The position numbers and the translations under genes are program-made. Source: Octopus sinensis (lineage: Eukaryota). Taken from it: a stretch of 15,830 bases of DNA. This document shows, piece by piece, positions 10,145-15,830 of this stretch; position 1 is the stretch's first letter; each line of letters starts with the position of its first letter. The stretch covers positions 1-15,830 of the forward strand of contig NW_021825258.1 of NCBI RefSeq assembly GCF_006345805.1. Direction: 5' to 3'. The notes below the pieces were generated by a model, which made no database searches, was not told the DNA's origin, and saw nothing but the letters and a program-made list of their open reading frames with translations.

Positions 10145-10301
10145 GCGACTGGCTTCCTTCAGTTTCCGTCCACCAAATCCACTCAGTAGCTTTGATCGAC
10201 CCGAGGCTGTATAGAAGACACTTACCTAAGGTCCCACTGCGTGAAACTGAAACCGGTACCATGTCGTTGCCAAAGCAAGCTTCTTAACACACAGCCACGC
10301 A
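10145..10301 (-). mobile_element. SINE family A copy 3, 5' half
   Basis: GGCTTCCTTCAGTTTCCGTCCACCAAATCCACTCA...GAAGACACTTACCTAAGGT...AAGCAAGCTTCTTAACACACAGCCACGC, homologous to 8945-9109. Confidence 0.88.
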
Positions 10302-10565
10302 CAATCATTTGTTTAACTTGTTAGTTAAACTGTCAGTCGTTTGTTGTGTTTTGTTCTTTTTATCGTCAAAATCCTTTCGTTGCCATGTGCAACCTTTTCA
10401 GTTATTCTGTCTTAGCCCGTTATGGAGGTTGCGTTTGTCTGCCTGAGATCGTGTTGTTTGTCTGTGTGTCTTTATCTCATATTCTTTCCGTATATATTTA
10501 CGTAATAATTCTTTCTGCAATAAATTTGTACAACAGAACATCACGACTACATCAAACCCTGTGCT

Positions 10566-10678
10566 GAACCTGTAATCATTTAATCGACCCACAAACGCTG
10601 AAATTCAGGGTTGACCTCAGTAGCATTCGATCGCAAAACGTAATACCGAAGAGATGCTAACGGTTTTTCCCATCTCCC
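10566..10678 (-). mobile_element. Highly degenerate SINE family D remnant
   Basis: TTTAATCGACCC...CTGAAA...GTTGACCTCAG...AAAACGTAA...GCTAACG is patchily similar to 15396-15510. Confidence 0.5.
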
Positions 10679-10914
10679 TGATTTTTACTATATACTTACA
10701 TACTAACAACTGCTTGAAAATTCTAAATTAGAACCGTAATTATGTAATCAACCATTTGATAGACTAAAGTAACGACATACACGCAAGATGCAAGAGGAAT
10801 TACAGGTGTCAATATTAAGATAATATATTAATTTATTGCAAACACGACGGCGTGTTCCATTTGCTCACATCTTTCAATCCAATACGTATTTACAACAGTG
10901 ACACACATTGAAAT

Positions 10915-11000
10915 ATACCATACACACACAAACACACACGCACGCGCATACACACAAACACACGCATACACACACTTGCGGATGCACACACATGCACACT
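10915..11000. repeat. Degenerate (CA)n
   Basis: Direct inspection. Confidence 0.85.
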
Positions 11001-11674
11001 TAGAGAGAAGCACACAAGCACACTGCAAGAGACTGTGTATTATTATTCTTGCTGTATCCACAACACTCGCATTAGATCAAAATTCCAATTGATCTTTTTT
11101 GTCTTCATATTTTGCTCATTAAATCTCTTAATGAAGTAGGAAGGCTAATGAGAAATTGCCAACTTTGATAGTTTCGTCGATATGACCATTCTAACCGCAG
11201 CTAAAGACTTAAAGCATATTACATGCATTAAAGCCATATTGAAGCCAAATTTTCCATTTGATGTCCGTGAAAAGATGTGTTTTTATATTATTTTCTAATT
11301 ATTCATTAATTATTTGTCTTTGGTTTTGGTTTTGGTTTAATTTATTGTTTTATAGAATTCAATTTATTAATTTCTTTTTTTATCAGAGTATATTATTTTG
11401 CCTTTACAGTATTTTTAGTGGTTTACTGTTTCTGAAGAGATGAGCGGAATATGGCGGGTTGTTGTAAGCTTTTGAGGAGATTGAAGCTTGCCGTTTAGTG
11501 GCGAACCACATGGAGAACCAGGCTCACATATATGTAAATATATTCACCGAGGCATGCATCCAGAGATACGCTAGCAAATATAGACACAACCCATGCACAC
11601 ACAGACAGATATGAATTTATTTGCGTCTCTGTATCTCCTTCTCTCTCACCTTCTCCCTCTATATGTCAATATAA

Positions 11675-11706
<32 letters not shown>

Positions 11707-11740
11707 GTAGAACGATATATAGATAAATAGAATGATAGAT

Positions 11741-11777
<37 letters not shown>

Positions 11778-11807
11778 GAGAATGATAGATAGATAGATAA
11801 ATAGAAT

Positions 11808-11860
<53 letters not shown>

Positions 11861-11865
11861 GTAGA
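11675..11865 (+). repeat. (GATA)n with repeated AGAATGATAGAT variants
   Basis: Direct inspection. Confidence 0.92.
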
Positions 11866-12139
11866 TACACAATCCTATATACATATACATGTATATATAC
11901 CCATATGTATATAAATGTATGTAAATATACGTATGCATATAATTCTATGCGTATATATGAATATGTATGTATGCATATATGCTTGTATGTATGCATATAT
12001 GTATGTATGTGTGTGTGTTTCTTGGTAATACGATATTCGAGATGATTAGTCATTATAATACATAATTACTCCTTTCAAATAGCTATGTTTTATTAATGAG
12101 GTTTGATTACGTTGTCGTAATTTAGATTGTACATGTTTA

Positions 12140-12490
12140 TACGCACACACAAGCAAGCTTACATACACACACACACACACATGCACACACGCACACACAT
12201 ACCCACACACGAACAAACACGCATGCACACACATTAGTCTTTAAAACATATATACACACATACACATATATATGTATACACTATGCATTATTTATATAGA
12301 TGTATATGTATATATATGCATATACGTATATACATGTATATATATATATATATATATATTATATTTGTATATATATATATATATATATATACATACATAC
12401 ATACATACGCATGTAGGTATATATGTGTATATATAGGATATTATATGAATAGGACACACGTACACACATGCGTGTGTGAATGGTATACGT
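12140..12490. repeat. (CA)n/(TA)n/(CATA)n field
   Basis: Direct inspection. Confidence 0.88.
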
Positions 12491-13014
12491 GTGTGCATTT
12501 GTATGTGTAGTTGATATATACGGCTTACATTTAGTGAGCTGAAATCGTTAAACTATACGGCTGGCTCACCCTCTTACTTTGCATAATTATCCAACCCACA
12601 TATATTAAGGTCGACTGGGCTCATAGACAATGAATGAAATAATTATAATCACTCAGTTTAAAACCACTCGCACCATGATTTTCTTACGCAATGAATTGCT
12701 GTTTCTGAGACATCTTTCAAAACAGTTACCTGCAGTTGTCGCAGAAAATTATCACGTTTTGGTACACTTGGATATGGCCATTGTTTTTCTTGCCTAATAA
12801 ACACACGCGCTGTATATTCGTTCTTCACTTCAGATTTATTATTGTGTTTTTTGTTTTTTTTTACTTCATGTCCTTTGTCTAGAAATCTTTCGTCACACAT
12901 CCTGTGACCTCTTCAGTGACTCTCCATCTCACGTCTACTGTCTTTCTATAGTGTATATCCTTATCTGCACATGCTTTTGTGTCTGTATCTGTGTGCGTGT
13001 GTATGTGTTTGTGT

Positions 13015-13420
13015 ACTTACTTGTACTTGTGACGGCGTTCACCCAGTGCGGGTTGACCCGGCTTCTTTTCTGGTCCTAATGGCATCACGAACCATGGCGG
13101 TCCACGCTCGACGGTCCTGTGTTAGGTCACTGGAGATAGCGAGCCATTCGCGGTTCCATCTGCGCAGAACGACCACCTGCGGACCTGAAAGTTCGGAGAG
13201 GTCCTTCTTTAACGTCCTTGACCAGGTCTTCAGCTGTCCACCCGTACGTTTGCGCAGCAGTTGGGAAGTGGAGGTGGGAGGAGGACATCACGAATCAGCT
13301 CACCCTCTGGACGCCGGGCCGCATGACCGAACCACCTTAAGCGCCGTTGTAGAAGCACCGAAGGGAGGGGCCGGAGATTCAGGTGATGACGAAGACCGGC
13401 TGTAGGAACCCGATCAAGGC
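13015..13420 (-). mobile_element. 5'-truncated RTE-clade non-LTR retrotransposon (LINE) 3' end with target-site duplication
   Basis: Encodes the RTE C-terminal motif RRLRWFGHAARR, has a very short 3' UTR and a CAAGTACAAGTAAGT tail. Direct repeat TGTGTTTGTGT at 13004-13014 and 13421-13431. Confidence 0.9.
13039..13420 (-). pseudogene. Frameshifted C-terminal fragment of RTE-clade LINE endonuclease/RT ORF
   Basis: SLDRVPTAGLRHHLNLRPLPSVLLQRRLRWFGHAARRPEGELIRDVLLPPPLPN, then a 2-nt insertion near 13256, then (W)RKRTGGQLKTWSRTLKKDLSELSGPQVVVLRRWNREWLAISSDLTQDRRAWTAMVRDAIRTRKEAGSTRTG, stop TGA at 13041-13039. The RLRWxGH and DRxxW motifs are typical of RTE C-termini. Confidence 0.88.
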
Positions 13421-13526
13421 TGTGTTTGTGTGTGTGTGCGTGCGTGTCTGTACACATGTCAGTGTGTTTCCTATGTGTGTTTTGTGTGTGTGTGTGTGTG
13501 GTGTGTGTGTGTGTGTGTGTGTGTGT
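13421..13526. repeat. (TG)n microsatellite (target of the RTE insertion)
   Basis: Continuous with the TG-rich tract at 12978-13014 once the LINE is removed. Confidence 0.9.
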
Positions 13527-13665
13527 ATGGGTTTAATTACTATACTCTTTGCATCCGTACCCTTTACTTACTATTTATTTCCCCATTTCGTTTTAAGTAT
13601 ATGTATGCGTAGAATTACCACGACGGCTGCCAAATGCTGGCTGTAAATTTTGGCACATTGGCGCC

Positions 13666-13790
13666 TATTTTATGAACTTCCAAATGATGAAAGGTAAAGT
13701 TGCCCTCCGTGGAATATGAACTCACAACGAAAAACCAGAAAAAAATGTCATTAATCATTTTGTTCTCCCTGCTAACGAAGCTGCAATTGC
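13666..13790 (-). mobile_element. Degenerate SINE family D copy
   Basis: GATGAAAGGTAAAGTTGCCCTCCGTGGAATATGAACTCACAACG...GCTAACG matches GGATGAAAGGTAAAGTCAACCTCGGCGGAATTTGAACTCAGAACG at 15413-15457. Confidence 0.75.
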
Positions 13791-14144
13791 GACATCAACA
13801 ACAGGTTTCAAACGTTGCTATCAACTAGTATAGATTGTGTTGGTGTGTTCACTAGAATGATATCCAACGGTGCATTGGTAGTTTGGTTGGTAGTTTTTCA
13901 TGCTATTTCTCTATACAGTTCGTCAGCCCACCATTGTATTTTCGTAGACCTTTTAAAACAGGAATTTATGGCGGTCACGCAATTTGCTGCTGTTATTGGT
14001 GTTGCTGTTGCCGTAACTGATTCTGTTTTTTTTCTGCAAGTCATGGTCGCATCTGTTGTTGTGATATTACAGTGCTTTACAATTGTCGTTGTTGTTTCTT
14101 CTTTCTTATAATTTCATTTGTTGCTCTTCTGGTTTTACTGGTGC

Positions 14145-14415
14145 TTTTGTTGTTGTGGTGGTCGTCGTCGTCGTCTTCGCGTCGTCACCGTCGTCGTCAT
14201 TGTCTTCTTATTCCCTCTTCCTTCTTCCTTTTTCTCTTCCTCTTCTTCTTCTTCTACTTCTTCTTCTTCATTTTCTTCACCTTCTTTATCTACTTCATCT
14301 TCATCTTCATCTTCATCTTCATCTTCATCTTCATCTTCATCATCTTCTTCTTCTTCTTCTTCTTCTTCTTCTTCTTCTTCTTCTTCTTCTTCTCTTCTTC
14401 TTTTCTTCTTCTTCT
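14145..14415. repeat. Compound (GTT)/(GTC)n/(CTT)n/(TCATCT)n repeat
   Basis: Direct inspection; hexamer run at about 14295-14343, then (CTT)n. Confidence 0.92.
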
Positions 14416-14562
14416 GCGGCTGCTGCTATTGATAATATTATTACTGAGGAATTGTTTTGGTCGTGGTACGCAGACGGTTGATGGTTTTGTTAGTATCTTC
14501 CAAACCCTTTCACCGCATCTCTCGTTGACTTATGTCTGCCGGTTCTTCACCTATGCTATATT

Positions 14563-14566
14563 CTCT

Positions 14567-14611
<45 letters not shown>

Positions 14612-14670
14612 ATATATATAATATATATATATATATAATATATATATATTATATATATTCCTCTCTCTCG
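14563..14670. repeat. (TC)n/(TA)n microsatellite
   Basis: Direct inspection. Confidence 0.92.
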
Positions 14671-14958
14671 CTCTTCCCCCTCCTTGTCTCTCTTTATTTT
14701 GGCTTTGGCAACCTTTTCTGCTGTAGATGAATAAATTGAATCAACACATTCTTTTTCTTTCTTCATGAACTTGATAAACATCGGCCGCACGCTCATGAGC
14801 GAAATAATTAGATTATGACGTCACAAAAGAAAAGTATCAAGCGTTTCAAATGAAATACAATAGTGCAAAAAAAGCAAAAACAGAAAAGGAAAAAAACAAT
14901 AAATTGGGGAATGAGCAGAAGAAGATCGAGGGGGATGGATCAATGGACCGCACAATCA

Positions 14959-15228
14959 GTTGTTTGTTCCTTCTCGAGCCACGCCTGGCTCATAAGGGCC
15001 GGTTTCCAGGTTTCCTTGGCGTATAGGTTCCCCACCTGGACGGGACGCCGGTCCGTCGCAGGTGAGCTGCAAGATACAGGAGGAAAAAGTGAGAGAATGT
15101 TGTGGTGAAAGAGTCAGCAGAAGTTTGCCTTTACCTTCTGCCGGAGCCGCGTGGGGGCCTAGGTGTTCTCGCTCATAAACACACACATCGCCCGGTCTGA
15201 GATTCGAACCCGCGATCCCTCGACCGCG
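14959..15228 (-). mobile_element. tRNA-derived SINE family B2, 5'-truncated (A box lost)
   Basis: B box GGTTCGAATC (reverse complement of 15201-15210). Head and body are homologous to 8658-8805. The 3' part is CCTGCGACGGACCGGCGTCCCGTCCAGG (recalls V-SINE-type motifs, unverified), ending GAAGGAACAAACAAC. Confidence 0.88.
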
Positions 15229-15293
15229 GGGGTTAAAAGACCAAGTTTAAATTGGTTATTAGATACAAATACTGCCTTTAATATGAAATATAT

Positions 15294-15525
15294 ATTTCTT
15301 TACTACCCACAAGGGGCTAAACATAGAGGGGACGAACAAGGACAGACAAACGGATGAAGTCGATTACATCGACCCCAGTGCGTAACTGGTACTTAATTTA
15401 TCGACCCCGAAAGGATGAAAGGTAAAGTCAACCTCGGCGGAATTTGAACTCAGAACGTAACGGCAAACGAAATACGGCTACGCATTTCGCCCGGCAGGCT
15501 AACGTTTCTGCCAGCTCGCCGCCTT
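15294..15525 (-). mobile_element. Full-length young tRNA-derived SINE, family D, with 18-bp TSD
   Basis: The minus strand reads GGCGGCGAGCTGGCAGAAACGTTAGC (A-box region), GAGTTCAAATTCC (B box, reverse complement of 15439-15451), then CCTTTCATCCTTTCGGGGTCGATAAATTAAGTACCAG. Exact direct repeat CTTTAATATGAAATATAT at 15276-15293 and 15526-15543. Confidence 0.92.
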
Positions 15526-15830
15526 CTTTAATATGAAATATATTTAGTTTATGTACAATAATCAGTGAAAGAAATGAGACAATTATTAACAATGTCATTA
15601 TTTTCATTTTTAGAAAAGCAGATGCTTTATTACAGCTTTTATTAGATAATCTTTAATTAACCAATTTATTAAAACCAATTCATTGAATTTCATTTTGTAT
15701 TTTGCTGTGAATTTCCAAATTCTTTAATTAAAAACGTTTTATCAGTATTTTGAAATCAGACATTGCGTAATTTTTTTTTTTTATATTATACTCTGCGTAA
15801 ATTCCTTCTGATATTATATTGTGACTTCAA

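Noticed and set aside
2175-11865. All three (GATA)n tracts lie on the same strand
   Set aside because: With n=3 this happens by chance one time in four.
343-12510. The many Tyr/Ile/His/Thr/Leu-Ser-rich ORFs in the supplied track ([18 protein letters not shown])
   Set aside because: They are translations of stop-free (TA)n, (GATA)n and (CA)n microsatellites, with no protein signal.
12658-12900. 80-aa minus ORF, and an alternative frame with VIIFCDNC resembling a transposase catalytic motif
   Set aside because: The expected continuation (GQNKN-like) is missing, the frame stops at once, and there are no TIRs.
8172-13030. Shared ACAAGTA between the family A SINE tail and the RTE tail
   Set aside because: Only 7 nt, and the upstream sequences do not align, so it is insufficient to call a SINE-LINE partnership.
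12971-13405. 144-aa plus-strand ORF
   Set aside because: It is the antisense shadow of the GC-rich RTE fragment.
13917-14018. Plus-strand frame ending GIYGGHAICCCYWCCCCRN after a TATACAG acceptor, resembling a cysteine string
   Set aside because: The Cys run comes from a degenerate (TGC/TGT)n repeat, and there is no upstream domain context.
14072-14638. Poly-Ser/Phe/Leu ORFs
   Set aside because: They are products of (CTT)n and (TCATCT)n repeats.
14569-14796. Protein-like minus ORF FIKFMKKEKECVDSIYSSTAEKVAKAK
   Set aside because: It has no credible splice donor, runs into (GA)n/(TA)n, and its Lys/Glu content reflects a purine-rich strand.
14816-14823. Palindromic CRE site TGACGTCA
   Set aside because: A single 8-mer in 15.8 kb is within chance, and there is no promoter evidence.

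Overview
AT-rich eukaryotic non-coding DNA (intron or intergenic), dominated by microsatellites ((TA)n, (CA/TG)n, (GATA)n, (CATA)n, (ATC)n, (CTT)n) and tRNA-derived SINEs. The SINE families and microsatellite load look like an Octopus (coleoid cephalopod) genome; this is recognition from memory, not a database match. No intact protein-coding gene can be supported. Almost all supplied ORFs are microsatellite or antisense artefacts, and the only recognisable protein is a frameshifted C-terminal fragment of an RTE-clade LINE ORF (13039-13420, minus). The most structured part is 8150-10300. There, two copies of a bipartite SINE are each split at their internal microsatellite. One holds a 377-bp Tc1/mariner-like MITE with 26-bp TIRs. 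The other holds an orphan segment with a gap-free 106-bp hairpin plus a second SINE sitting in a (TA)n tract. An uninterrupted copy of the same SINE at 305-690 serves as an internal control.
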